A DNA stretch of 64,000 nt, taken from a virus. Lineage: Duplodnaviria > Caudoviricetes. The stretch is from IMG/VR virus record IMGVR_UViG_3300031555_004942, positions 32,001 through 96,000 of that record. The stretch is one strand, 5' to 3'. Position 1 is the first letter of the stretch. Each line of letters begins with the position of its first letter. The notes under the pieces were generated by a model. That model ran no database searches, was not told where the DNA came from, and saw nothing but the letters and a program-made list of their open reading frames with translations. Of this stretch, positions 1 to 8,979 are shown piece after piece. The translations under genes were made by a program, and so were the position numbers.

Positions 1-122
1 ATTTATCCTCCTCATCTTTTATTATATTTTTATTTTCACAAGAGAAAAAATCTTGTTCTAACATGCAATTTTCACAAGCTTCAAAATCTATTCCATTATT
101 AGGACAATCTTTGCAATTCATA

Positions 123-731
123 TCATTTATCCTCCTTATTTATGTTTTTTGATATTCTATCCAAAGCTATTTTAAATGGATCTATATCTTCTAAACATGA
201 ATGTAATAAATCCCAATTTGTTGTACCTATCCTATTCATTGTTTTATCCATATAAAAACCTAACATATGTTGAATAACTTCTGATGCAATAGATGCAGAT
301 AGTAAATATTGTTGAATATAATTATCATTTTCAGAAAATTCTTGAATCTTTTCAATATCTATTATCTCTTGTACTAACATAGGAAATATAAATTCCAAAT
401 GCATCATATCGAAGTCAATCATATGAGGTTTTACATCATAATCTTTACATACTTGTTGTACTTTTTTGGGGTCTAAATATTCTGCTGTTGGCACAAGATA
501 TAATGTTGAATAAATTTTATTGTTTAATTCTTTAATTTCTAAAATTTCGAGATGAAGAACTAAATGATAATCAAATTTCATAGCATCTTCTTCAAAATCA
601 TATTTATATATTTCTTTTGATTTAAATATAATTTCATCATCTGTAGTCCATTCGATTTCCCAATAATCTTTCCAATCAGTCCGATTATGCTTCTTTGGGG
701 TGATACTCCATACTGTTAGATAGTTATTCAT
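123..731 (-). CDS. hypothetical phage protein
   Basis: 202-aa ORF with AAGGAGG RBS; no recognised motif. Confidence 0.75.
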   Translation of the reverse strand: MNNYLTVWSITPKKHNRTDWKDYWEIEWTTDDEIIFKSKEIYKYDFEEDAMKFDYHLVLHLEILEIKELNNKIYSTLYLVPTAEYLDPKKVQQVCKDYDVKPHMIDFDMMHLEFIFPMLVQEIIDIEKIQEFSENDNYIQQYLLSASIASEVIQHMLGFYMDKTMNRIGTTNWDLLHSCLEDIDPFKIALDRISKNINKEDK

Positions 732-749
732 AATAAATTCCTCCTTATT

Positions 750-1151
750 TTATTTTATAACAATACCATATTTTTTACATTTATTTATTATTTCTTCAAT
801 AGTTTTTTTACCTAAATTTCTAATTTGCATCAAATCATATTTAGTTTTTCCTTCAAAATCTGAAAGATAGTAATATCCTCCTCTTGTGCAACAATTATAT
901 GCACGAACAGAAAGATCTAAATTTTCAATAGATAGATCTCGTTGTCCATAAATCATTGTTCCATCATAATATTTAACCGTCCATTTTAATCCTTCAATAA
1001 AAGCTTTTGCTTCCTCTTCTGTTTCAAATTCTGCTATTGTATTAGATGATGAAAAAATTCCATTTGCTTTTACTTTTTTATTATCTTGAAAAATTTCTAT
1101 TTTTTTATATCCTTTTATAAGAATAATATTTGTTAAAATTTTTTCATACAT
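750..1151 (-). CDS. protein with C-terminal RNA polymerase alpha-CTD-like domain
   Basis: C-terminus SIENLDLSVRAYNC...DLMQIRNLGKKTIEEI matches the alphaCTD signature (LELSVRxxNCL...NLGxKSLxEI). Confidence 0.85.
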   Translation of the reverse strand: MYEKILTNIILIKGYKKIEIFQDNKKVKANGIFSSSNTIAEFETEEEAKAFIEGLKWTVKYYDGTMIYGQRDLSIENLDLSVRAYNCCTRGGYYYLSDFEGKTKYDLMQIRNLGKKTIEEIINKCKKYGIVIK

Positions 1152-1157
1152 ATTATT

Positions 1158-1346
1158 TCACTCCTTATTTATAGCTTTTGAACATCTTTCTTTAAACTCT
1201 TTAAATATTTGTTCTTGTTTAAATTTAAATTCTTCTTCTGCCATTTTTATTTCTCTCATTGTATATCGTGAGCAAGTTTTAAGTCCACAAGTTTGTGTGT
1301 TATTTGTAGCATACCCACATGAACAATCATTAGCTATATATTTCAT
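1158..1346 (-). CDS. small Cys-rich hypothetical protein
   Basis: 62-aa ORF with AGGAGTGA RBS, tightly packed with neighbours. Confidence 0.6.
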   Translation of the reverse strand: MKYIANDCSCGYATNNTQTCGLKTCSRYTMREIKMAEEEFKFKQEQIFKEFKERCSKAINKE

Positions 1347-1360
1347 AGAACTTCACTCCT

Positions 1361-1705
1361 TTATAATAAATTATATAATTTATCTGCTGTTTCTTCAAGT
1401 GTTTTTTGTTTCCATTGGGCATCTTCAACTAAATCTACAACACTATTTGGAATTCCATTTTTACCTCGATTTTCAACATATACTTCAACTTCTTCATCTA
1501 TATCAAAATTACAAGCATATTTATAAAATTCTTGAATGAACCCATTGTTTGTTCCATCAAAGAATATTGTTATCCACCAATCTTCTCCTAATGGTGTTGA
1601 TTGATTAAGTTCAACAAGTATTCCATTACTTTGTTTTGTTATTTCTCCAACAACAAAATCATTATCTTCAAGAATTTTTACAATATCTTTTTTAAATTTT
1701 TTCAT
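1361..1705 (-). CDS. hypothetical phage protein
   Basis: 114-aa ORF, AGGAGG RBS. Confidence 0.75.
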   Translation of the reverse strand: MKKFKKDIVKILEDNDFVVGEITKQSNGILVELNQSTPLGEDWWITIFFDGTNNGFIQEFYKYACNFDIDEEVEVYVENRGKNGIPNSVVDLVEDAQWKQKTLEETADKLYNLL

Positions 1706-1717
1706 TTTTATTCCTCC

Positions 1718-2002
1718 TTAAATACGATATGAGATTGTGTAATCACAAACTTCAACATCTAGATTATTTATTTTCTTGTAATAACTATTAAGTTTTAAAT
1801 CTACAATATCACAATATTCTTTGCAGTCTTTAGCAAGTCTTGAACAAATCCATCTATGAATATCATAAATATCATTTCTTTCCAATCCCCATTCATGATT
1901 ACCTGATACTTGAACTACAATTGTTTTAATTCCATCATCAATGTTTTGACTTATTTTTTTCATGTCAACAGTTCCATATCCTTGCCAATGTTTTGCTTTC
2001 AT
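1718..2002 (-). CDS. hypothetical phage protein
   Basis: 94-aa ORF in packed operon. Confidence 0.7.
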   Translation of the reverse strand: MKAKHWQGYGTVDMKKISQNIDDGIKTIVVQVSGNHEWGLERNDIYDIHRWICSRLAKDCKEYCDIVDLKLNSYYKKINNLDVEVCDYTISYRI

Positions 2003-2004
2003 AA

Positions 2005-2289
2005 TTAAAACTCCTCTCCATCATAAACATAATCATACTTTAAACCATATAGTTTTTCATTTATTTGATCTCTGTGTAATTTATTCCAATCTAATATAAA
2101 TTCTCTTCTTTGATCAGGTTTATTCATTTTTTCATTATCATAAAATATATCAGGATTATTATTTAAAATATTATTAATGATAAACCTTTTTAATTTTTTT
2201 ATGGATGTTGTTGCCATACATATACCCATAGGTTGGTCTATTAAGTTACATTTTTGAACAATAAATATTTGTTTTTTACTTGTTTCCAT
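2005..2289 (-). CDS. hypothetical phage protein
   Basis: 94-aa ORF, AGGAG RBS. Confidence 0.7.
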   Translation of the reverse strand: METSKKQIFIVQKCNLIDQPMGICMATTSIKKLKRFIINNILNNNPDIFYDNEKMNKPDQRREFILDWNKLHRDQINEKLYGLKYDYVYDGEEF

Positions 2290-2335
2290 AATCGTAAATC
2301 TCCTTTAAAAAAGAGAGGAGAATTATCTCCTCTCC

Positions 2336-2827
2336 TTAATTTAATTCTATATCAATAATTGATTCTTCTTTATTTATTTGATAAATAGGTGGTAATGAAG
2401 GACATTGTTCCCATTTTATATACTTTGATAAATTTTTAGTTAAACTTATTTTTACTTTAACTATATACTCATCTGAATCAACATATCCTCCATTGTATGT
2501 TGTTTGTACTTCAACAAAGAGTTCATTATCATAAATTCTTTCAATTTCACAACATTGAAATATTATATCTTTAAATGTTTCAGTTGATGGTTTGCTATCT
2601 CCTATATATCTATAAAGATAAGATTCTCCAATAAATTTTCCTTCAATGTTTTTTTCTGTTATTGCAAACATTGTGACATATTTATTTTTTTCATTTTGTT
2701 GTTTATAATAATAATTATAATTTTTCCGAACTGGACATTTATCACAATTTGTTGCATTCATTACTATACAATTTAAACAAACTAAGTCCATAGCTTCTGT
2801 TAACTTGTTATATTCTTCTTGGTTCAT
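2336..2827 (-). CDS. hypothetical protein with N-terminal CxxC..CxxC
   Basis: 163-aa ORF; CLNC...CDKC. Confidence 0.7.
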   Translation of the reverse strand: MNQEEYNKLTEAMDLVCLNCIVMNATNCDKCPVRKNYNYYYKQQNEKNKYVTMFAITEKNIEGKFIGESYLYRYIGDSKPSTETFKDIIFQCCEIERIYDNELFVEVQTTYNGGYVDSDEYIVKVKISLTKNLSKYIKWEQCPSLPPIYQINKEESIIDIELN

Positions 2828-2865
2828 AATTTTACTCCTTTTTTATTATTTTTTAATTTTAAGAC

Positions 2866-2894
2866 TTGACAATTTTAAAATTATATGATATAAT
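2866..2894 (+). promoter_or_regulatory. sigmaA/sigma70 promoter, antisense to local genes
   Basis: TTGACA-17-TATAAT with extended -10 TG. Confidence 0.85.
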
Positions 2895-2900
2895 ATACAA

Positions 2901-3036
2901 AAGAGGAGATTTCTCTCCTCTGATGTATTAATTGTATGGAATAAAATCCAAATTAGGATTAAATCCCAAATTTATGTCAAATATAATATTTGACTCTGTA
3001 GAGACTATTTCATGGGGAGGAGTAGTCTCTTTTATT
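2901..3036 (+). ncRNA. putative cis-antisense small RNA (~135 nt)
   Basis: Consensus promoter upstream; ends in hairpin AGAGACTA/TAGTCTCT plus T tract; overlaps small ORF 2928-3053. Confidence 0.55.
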
Positions 3037-3053
3037 TGTTCATTATTATCCAT
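2928..3053 (-). CDS. 41-aa small protein MDNNEQIKETTPPHEIVSTESNIIFDINLGFNPNLDFIPYN
   Basis: Manual translation; GAAAGGAG RBS; not in supplied track. Confidence 0.55.
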   Translation of the reverse strand: MDNNEQIKETTPPHEIVSTESNIIFDINLGFNPNLDFIPYN

Positions 3054-3133
3054 ATATTTCAACTCCTTTCTATATTAAATTTTAAATAACTTAAATCATA
3101 AGCATCACTTCTTTCAAATATAATTTTATTATT

Positions 3134-4033
3134 TTATGCTGCGATTTTTGAATTAACCAACTGTATGAAATTCATCATTAGTCTTGGGTCAAATGTAACT
3201 GTTACAAATTTATTTTCTTCTGCTGTCGAAGTTTTTCTTGTTGGTTCTCTATGTGTTATATAATCTGAATATGCATTAATCATTCCCCACATTGAATTCC
3301 TAAAGTTACCATTGTCATTTACTTTATATGCTTGCATAAATTGTGTTCTTGCATTTTCCATACGTTCAATCTGATAATCTTTCATATCGTATTGTATAGG
3401 AAATAATTCATTAATAACTTTTTGAACCTCTATGTCAGAAACTAGTGTGGTTGCCCATCGTGTTGCTTGTTTATTAAGTTCCTGCATGTAATCTGCAGTT
3501 CCTTTAAGAACATGGAATGCTTCTTTAAGACGAACTTCTGCAAGAGAACTATGTCTAATTGTGATTGTATTTGGGGATTCTCTGAATGCAATGTTAAATT
3601 GATTTTGACATACAATTCTTAATGGACAAATTGTTGTCTGAAGCTGAAAACGTCCATTATGAGAATTTCTAAATATCAGATGAGGTTTAAATTCATCACC
3701 TAATATTTTAATAGGTTCTAAAGAAGCAATTAAATAAATCATGCCTCCTGATGTCTCCCCAATCTTTTCAAACTGAATATCATCTTTTAGATAATCTATA
3801 AATCCAAAAGCATCACGATTCTGAACAACATTATACTTATCTGATACAATTCCATAAACATGATTATCTGTATTTCTTACAGTTGCTTGATTTCCATCAA
3901 TTATTGTACCATCTGCAAGAAATATTGGTTTTTTATGAACTTCATAATCAAGCCCACCAATTCTCAATGCTTCATCTACTGTTGTTGCCCCTATTGTATT
4001 TGTTCCTAAATTTGTAAATGTGTTTGTTCTCAT
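3134..4033 (-). CDS. DUF932/TIGR03299-family phage/plasmid protein
   Basis: GIVSDKYNVVQNRDAF, NSHNG, PLRIVCQN and IRHS motifs. Confidence 0.8.
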   Translation of the reverse strand: MRTNTFTNLGTNTIGATTVDEALRIGGLDYEVHKKPIFLADGTIIDGNQATVRNTDNHVYGIVSDKYNVVQNRDAFGFIDYLKDDIQFEKIGETSGGMIYLIASLEPIKILGDEFKPHLIFRNSHNGRFQLQTTICPLRIVCQNQFNIAFRESPNTITIRHSSLAEVRLKEAFHVLKGTADYMQELNKQATRWATTLVSDIEVQKVINELFPIQYDMKDYQIERMENARTQFMQAYKVNDNGNFRNSMWGMINAYSDYITHREPTRKTSTAEENKFVTVTFDPRLMMNFIQLVNSKIAA

Positions 4034-4051
4034 AATATTTTCCTCCTATAA

Positions 4052-4261
4052 TTAAATATGTTTTTTAATATTGATTAAATCTACAATGTTTTCAAGAAGT
4101 TCAATTCTTTCACTATAACTCATAACTTCTTTATTTACTTGATAATCACCTGTAAGTCTTTCAATTATACTATCAAAAACTTCTTCTTTAGTTCTTCCTG
4201 AGATTGTATAAATTTTCTTTTGTGTATTACAGTTATTACAATAAGTGTCTTTTGGATGCAT
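4052..4261 (-). CDS. hypothetical protein
   Basis: ATG at 4261 follows AAAGGAG RBS. Confidence 0.6.
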   Translation of the reverse strand: MHPKDTYCNNCNTQKKIYTISGRTKEEVFDSIIERLTGDYQVNKEVMSYSERIELLENIVDLINIKKHI

Positions 4262-4302
4262 AATAATTTCTCCTTTTTTATAAAAAATTTTTAAAATAAT
4301 AC

Positions 4303-4331
4303 TTGACAATTTTATTTTTTTATGTTATAAT
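4303..4331 (+). promoter_or_regulatory. sigmaA promoter, antisense to local genes
   Basis: TTGACA-17-TATAAT with extended -10 TG. Confidence 0.85.
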
Positions 4332-4337
4332 GTAGAT

Positions 4338-4479
4338 ATAGAAGTAAAGTATAGGTTTACTTCTTGATATATTATCTACATATAGGTAGAATTAATTCTT
4401 CTACTTGTTCACTATAACAGCAGTTATAGGTTTTTGATGGAATGAACACAGGGTTGAATGCAGGGTTCATTCCTTTTTT
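4338..4479 (+). ncRNA. putative cis-antisense small RNA (~140 nt)
   Basis: Consensus promoter; terminator GGAATGAAC/GTTCATTCC plus TTTTTT; overlaps small ORF 4372-4530. Confidence 0.55.
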
Positions 4480-4530
4480 ACTATCAATAATAATCTTTTG
4501 ACCATTAGTAATAATATAATGATTATTCAT
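4372..4530 (-). CDS. 52-aa small protein MNNHYIITNGQKIIIDSKKGMNPAFNPVFIPSKTYNCCYSEQVEELILPICR
   Basis: Manual translation; AAAGGAG RBS; not in supplied track. Confidence 0.55.
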   Translation of the reverse strand: MNNHYIITNGQKIIIDSKKGMNPAFNPVFIPSKTYNCCYSEQVEELILPICR

Positions 4531-4621
4531 ATTATCATCTCCTTTACTTATATAATCTTAATTAAAGAATTCCTATACAATTCTTTTTTTATTAAATCAT
4601 AATACATCAACTCCCTTCATA

Positions 4622-5254
4622 TTAATCTAAATCTTCAGCTATATAATTTTCAATTTTATCAATTTCTTCAATTATTGGTTCTATCAAGTCTAATTCTCCT
4701 GTGTCTTTAAAATCATTCTTTAATTTGAATAGTTTGTTTAATGTTGTCATTAAATTATTATCAACAAATGTTTTAAATGATTCTAAACTTAGACGTTTTT
4801 TGTTATTTTCATTTATAAGTTTATTTATTTTATCATTTTGTACATTTATAATAAAATCTTCAATCTTATTACAAATTTCATCAAAATCTAATTCTAGAAT
4901 TACTGGATTGTCTACACAAAATTCTGTATAATATATTGAACTGTTAATTCCTTTTGATAAATCTATATTACGATTATCAAACAATAAATTCCATTTTTCA
5001 TGAGAATAATCAAATGTAATATGAACACTACTAACTCCTCTGTATTTAAGTGTATATGATTTTGAGGTTTGTATATTCATACCTGTTGATAATTCTTTCA
5101 AGATGGCAGTATAAATTCTTAAACGTGCATAGAGAGAACTTAATAATGTATTAGCTAATTGAATGCCATCATCTTTTATTTGTTCATTTAATTTTTTATT
5201 TTCTGCCTTTAATTCTTTTATTTGTTTCATGTTTTCTAAAATTTCTTTTTTCAT
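4622..5254 (-). CDS. hypothetical coiled-coil protein
   Basis: Likely start ATG 5254 after AAAGGAG. Confidence 0.7.
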   Translation of the reverse strand: MKKEILENMKQIKELKAENKKLNEQIKDDGIQLANTLLSSLYARLRIYTAILKELSTGMNIQTSKSYTLKYRGVSSVHITFDYSHEKWNLLFDNRNIDLSKGINSSIYYTEFCVDNPVILELDFDEICNKIEDFIINVQNDKINKLINENNKKRLSLESFKTFVDNNLMTTLNKLFKLKNDFKDTGELDLIEPIIEEIDKIENYIAEDLD

Positions 5255-5346
5255 AATATTTTCTCCTTTTATTAAAAAATTGTTAGACAGGTTATTTTGA
5301 GTGATTTTGTTACTGTAACACACTCTGCTTGAGTAACTGTGTATTA

Positions 5347-5478
5347 TTACATAGAACCTTCATCAAGTTCTATCTCTCGTTCTGCTTCAAATTCATCATC
5401 TGCAGAACACATGAACTCTCCATTCCTAAAGACTTCATAATGTCCTTTGTTTGGAATGATTTCATAATAATTTGACAT
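5347..5478 (-). CDS. 43-aa acidic small protein (MSNYYEIIPNKGHYEVFRNGEFMCSADDEFEAEREIELDEGSM)
   Basis: Manual translation; AAAGGAGG RBS. Confidence 0.65.
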   Translation of the reverse strand: MSNYYEIIPNKGHYEVFRNGEFMCSADDEFEAEREIELDEGSM

Positions 5479-5498
5479 TGTTTTACCTCCTTTCATAA

Positions 5499-5592
5499 TT
5501 TTGCTGAATTCAGAATATTTTACGTTAAAGAGTTATAAAATTGAAACTCAATAATCTTTATATTCTAAATTTTTTAGTTTTTTGAGGGCATA
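5499..5592. repeat. diverged intergenic repeat, copy 1 (core TTGCTGAATTCAGAATATTTT.CGTTAAAGA)
   Basis: Aligns by eye with 6456-6550. Confidence 0.8.
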
Positions 5593-5853
5593 AATCTGTA
5601 AAGTTCAGTGGATAGTTTTATTTAATTCTGGAACTTGTTTTTAAAATTCCTTGAATTGTTTTTTAAACTCATAGAACCTCTTTTAGAAATCCTATGAGTT
5701 ATTTGTTGTCCTTCCACATCACTATTTATCATTGGTATGTTGACCTCCTTTCTTGTGTATGTATGATACCCTCCGAGATGTAATAAAACATCTCTATAAG
5801 CCTACAATAAAATTATTATAAGCTTATAGAGACACTTTATCGTGTCTCTTTTT

Positions 5854-6234
5854 TTATAACCAATATTCTCCTTTCTTTCCCATAATACAAGGTATGTATT
5901 CTTTTACACCTTGTTTTATGGTTATTTTGATTCCTTTACTTCCATAAATGTATGGAATACGGACATCATCAAAACGAACTACATTAATGTCATAAAGTAA
6001 TTCATTTACTTTAGTTACATTAAATGCAACACAACGTATAAAATCCATAATATAAAACATTTCGTTATCCTCTATTTCAGATAGTAGTTGTTTTACGTTA
6101 ACATCATCTTCAAATAAATATGTAATATATCCATTTAAAGATTCTTTTGTCCGAAATTCCTCTGAATATTTTTGTGCCATCTTGTAAGTCTTGAAACCTA
6201 CATTAATTCTTGTCCTTAATCCTATTTTTGCCAT
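5854..6234 (-). CDS. hypothetical protein
   Basis: Likely start ATG 6234 after AAGGAGG. Confidence 0.7.
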   Translation of the reverse strand: MAKIGLRTRINVGFKTYKMAQKYSEEFRTKESLNGYITYLFEDDVNVKQLLSEIEDNEMFYIMDFIRCVAFNVTKVNELLYDINVVRFDDVRIPYIYGSKGIKITIKQGVKEYIPCIMGKKGEYWL

Positions 6235-6251
6235 TTGTTTGTTCCTCCTTT

Positions 6252-6437
6252 TTATCTTAACGTAGTTGCTGTCATTAACCCGTAAATCAGTAAAGTTTGA
6301 AAGCATATACAGATTAATACAAACAGTTTTATTTCAATAACCCGATTTTTTCTCCGAATTCTCTTTTTCCTATTTTGCTCCATTTTATAAAATCTTTTCG
6401 CTGTAGCATTTTCTGCCCAAGTTTTTGAATAATACAT
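6252..6437 (-). CDS. small membrane protein (basic N-terminus, C-terminal TM helix)
   Basis: Hydrophobic LFVLICICFQTLLIYGLM; paralog at 10325-10462. Confidence 0.7.
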   Translation of the reverse strand: MYYSKTWAENATAKRFYKMEQNRKKRIRRKNRVIEIKLFVLICICFQTLLIYGLMTATTLR

Positions 6438-6455
6438 ATTTTTTCTCCTTTCGTT

Positions 6456-6550
6456 TTTTGCTGAATTCAGAATATTTTTCGTTAAAGAATTATATAGTTA
6501 AAACTAAATACCATAAATATTTTAAATTCTCGGTTTTTTCGAGGGCGTAA
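6456..6550. repeat. diverged intergenic repeat, copy 2
   Basis: Aligns by eye with 5499-5592. Confidence 0.8.
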
Positions 6551-6832
6551 TCTTTTTTATCATGGTGGCTTTCTGTTATAATCTTTGCCAACTTGTTTAA
6601 ATCTGCAAGGATTATTTTTAAAAAGTTTTAAATTTTTGATTGATTTTACACCTTCCACAGTGACTTCCTCCTTTCTTCTTATGTATATCCCCCACCTACA
6701 TTGTAGGACTGAGGTATTCTTAGAATACCTCTATTAACCCATAATTAAATAAATAATTATGAGCTAATATAGGTACTCTATAAAAAACAAAAAAAAAGAA
6801 GAGGCTCTACAAGAGAGCCTCTCTATGACTAT

Positions 6833-7387
6833 TTAACTTCTTACATAATATGAATTTGTCCAAAGATAATCATATTTGTATTGTTGACAAATCAACAAAC
6901 ACATTCTCTGAAAGTCATAAGATGTAGAAATTATTATTCTTTTATCTCGATTCATATCATGATGGATATCGTGTTTCTGTTGAGATTGATGAATTAAACA
7001 AGTTTTAAATCCTGTTCTTTTATTAATCTCAACAAAGTTTTTAGCATCTTTATAATGAGAATAAGCAGACAAAATACTTATGATTTCTTCATTATTTTGA
7101 TGTCTTTTACGATAATGTTCCATTTCTTTTAAAAATAAATCCATTTCTTCTTTGTATTCTTTTGGTCTAATAATTGACCTTAAAACACAAAAGAATCTTT
7201 TATCACTTTCAACTATTGTATCCCATATATACATACTACATGGAATTAAACAACACATATTAATAATTAATATAATATTATTTGCCATATATGTATTTAA
7301 CATATATATGAAAAATAATAATATCAAAAGTGAAAATAATATTATTGAAATAAAAGATATTATGAATGCATTTAATGTTTTTTGCAT
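6833..7387 (-). CDS. membrane protein with two N-terminal TM helices
   Basis: Hydrophobic N-terminus; GAGGG RBS. Confidence 0.65.
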   Translation of the reverse strand: MQKTLNAFIISFISIILFSLLILLFFIYMLNTYMANNIILIINMCCLIPCSMYIWDTIVESDKRFFCVLRSIIRPKEYKEEMDLFLKEMEHYRKRHQNNEEIISILSAYSHYKDAKNFVEINKRTGFKTCLIHQSQQKHDIHHDMNRDKRIIISTSYDFQRMCLLICQQYKYDYLWTNSYYVRS

Positions 7388-7518
7388 ATTAAACTTCCCT
7401 CTTTTTGTTTTTTTTGTTTCTTACATAAGAAGAGTCCGAGGAATATTTTCAGGATTAAATTAATTATTTATCCTTATGCTATTATGTAAAATATTTTTAT
7501 TATTTTTTTAAAAATGTA

Positions 7519-7547
7519 TTGACAAATAATATCTTTTGTGCTATAAT
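7519..7547 (+). promoter_or_regulatory. sigmaA promoter, antisense to 7635-8006
   Basis: TTGACA-17-TATAAT with extended -10 TG. Confidence 0.85.
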
Positions 7548-7634
7548 ATGCATAAGCTCAAAGTAAATATCTTACTATAGCAATAGTTTATTAGAGAGAA
7601 ATATTTCTACTCCTCTCTTTGTCTTAACCTCTTA

Positions 7635-8006
7635 TCAAGAATAAGAGAACTGTATTTGTTCTGAATTACAAGAATAATTCAAAACATCTTTGTTTAGATA
7701 TCTTGGACGTATAGTGCATCCAGAATCTACATATGGAGCAACATTAGATGCAAAACAGCAAGCTACATCTAAATAGAAATATTTAGATTTTACTTTTAAT
7801 TCTGTTTTAACATCTTCTACAATTTCAGAAAGTTTTATTTTCTTACCATTGTATGTGATTGTTCCATCTTTACCTCCATGACAAATCAAAGTGGGATTTG
7901 ATTCGTCTTCTGGAAATATATAAGCATGGTCATTGATGCCTGAATTAAATTGAATTATACTTATATATTCCTTTTTACTGATAGGTATGTTTTCAAACAT
8001 ATACAC
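7635..8006 (-). CDS. hypothetical protein, possible caspase-fold His/Cys peptidase
   Basis: LICHG ... LDVACCFA pattern; AAAGGAGG RBS (start may be 8000). Confidence 0.55.
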   Translation of the reverse strand: MYMFENIPISKKEYISIIQFNSGINDHAYIFPEDESNPTLICHGGKDGTITYNGKKIKLSEIVEDVKTELKVKSKYFYLDVACCFASNVAPYVDSGCTIRPRYLNKDVLNYSCNSEQIQFSYS

Positions 8007-8226
8007 ACCTCCTTTCTATAAAATTTAAGAAGAATCGTTATACATAGATAACTCCTTTCTTTGTGTGTTTATCTTGCATTTTTGTTATTTAACACTAATA
8101 ACAGATGCTCTCAAACCTTGTTGTTTGTAGACCTACCTATTAGTAACGCTTTGAGCTTAACTACCTATTTATACTCGCTCAAACGAGTTTGAAAGAGAGA
8201 TATATTTCAATCTCTCTTTCTATAAC

Positions 8227-8481
8227 TCAAAGTAAATAGTATGGTAATTTACTACCAATGCTATATCTTTGAGCATTTGTCCTCTTATTAAGATAATAGT
8301 CTATTACTGCAATATAATCATCTATTATAGTACGATTATTATCTCTTTTATCTCTTTTTTCTAAAAGAATATTTTTATACTCTTTTAGTTCAGAAATAGA
8401 CATTTTTCTGCATTCCCATGCAATCCATTGTCTATCTCCAATAGAGATAAGAGGACAGCGTGTTCTCCATGTAGCTATCAT
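8227..8481 (-). CDS. hypothetical protein
   Basis: 84-aa ORF, AAGGAGG RBS. Confidence 0.7.
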   Translation of the reverse strand: MIATWRTRCPLISIGDRQWIAWECRKMSISELKEYKNILLEKRDKRDNNRTIIDDYIAVIDYYLNKRTNAQRYSIGSKLPYYLL

Positions 8482-8544
8482 AGGAACACCTCCTTTTAAT
8501 AAAATATTAAAGAACTCCCTATTATAGAGAGTCCTTTTTTTATT

Positions 8545-8838
8545 TTATGACCATAAAAGATTGTAATGAAGATATATATTATTTATTCTTTCATCATCAG
8601 GAGCATTATTTAAACATACTTTATTCTGAACTTCACCATATGAAATATCTATTTCTTTTTTTATTCCATATTCTACTCGATAATAAAGTTCATAATATTT
8701 TTTATCACAAACAAGAGCTTTATATAACTCCCTTATTGCTCCAAAAATATCAGTTTTTGCTATTGATATAGCTCTCCGAAAATGTTCATTTGAATATTTT
8801 TGAAGATTATTTAAATATCTTCTTGTTGTTTTTTTCAT
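8545..8838 (-). CDS. hypothetical protein
   Basis: 97-aa ORF, AGGAGG RBS. Confidence 0.7.
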   Translation of the reverse strand: MKKTTRRYLNNLQKYSNEHFRRAISIAKTDIFGAIRELYKALVCDKKYYELYYRVEYGIKKEIDISYGEVQNKVCLNNAPDDERINNIYLHYNLLWS

Positions 8839-8979
8839 CTATTTTTACCTCCTGTTATTAAAGAATATTTAATTCTTTTATAATTAAGAATTTTATTTTC
8901 ATATTCTTCTCTGCCTTGTATACTATAAGTTGCTCCTGACTTTATATTAGCAGCAACTTTTTTAATTTGGTCTGTTTTT

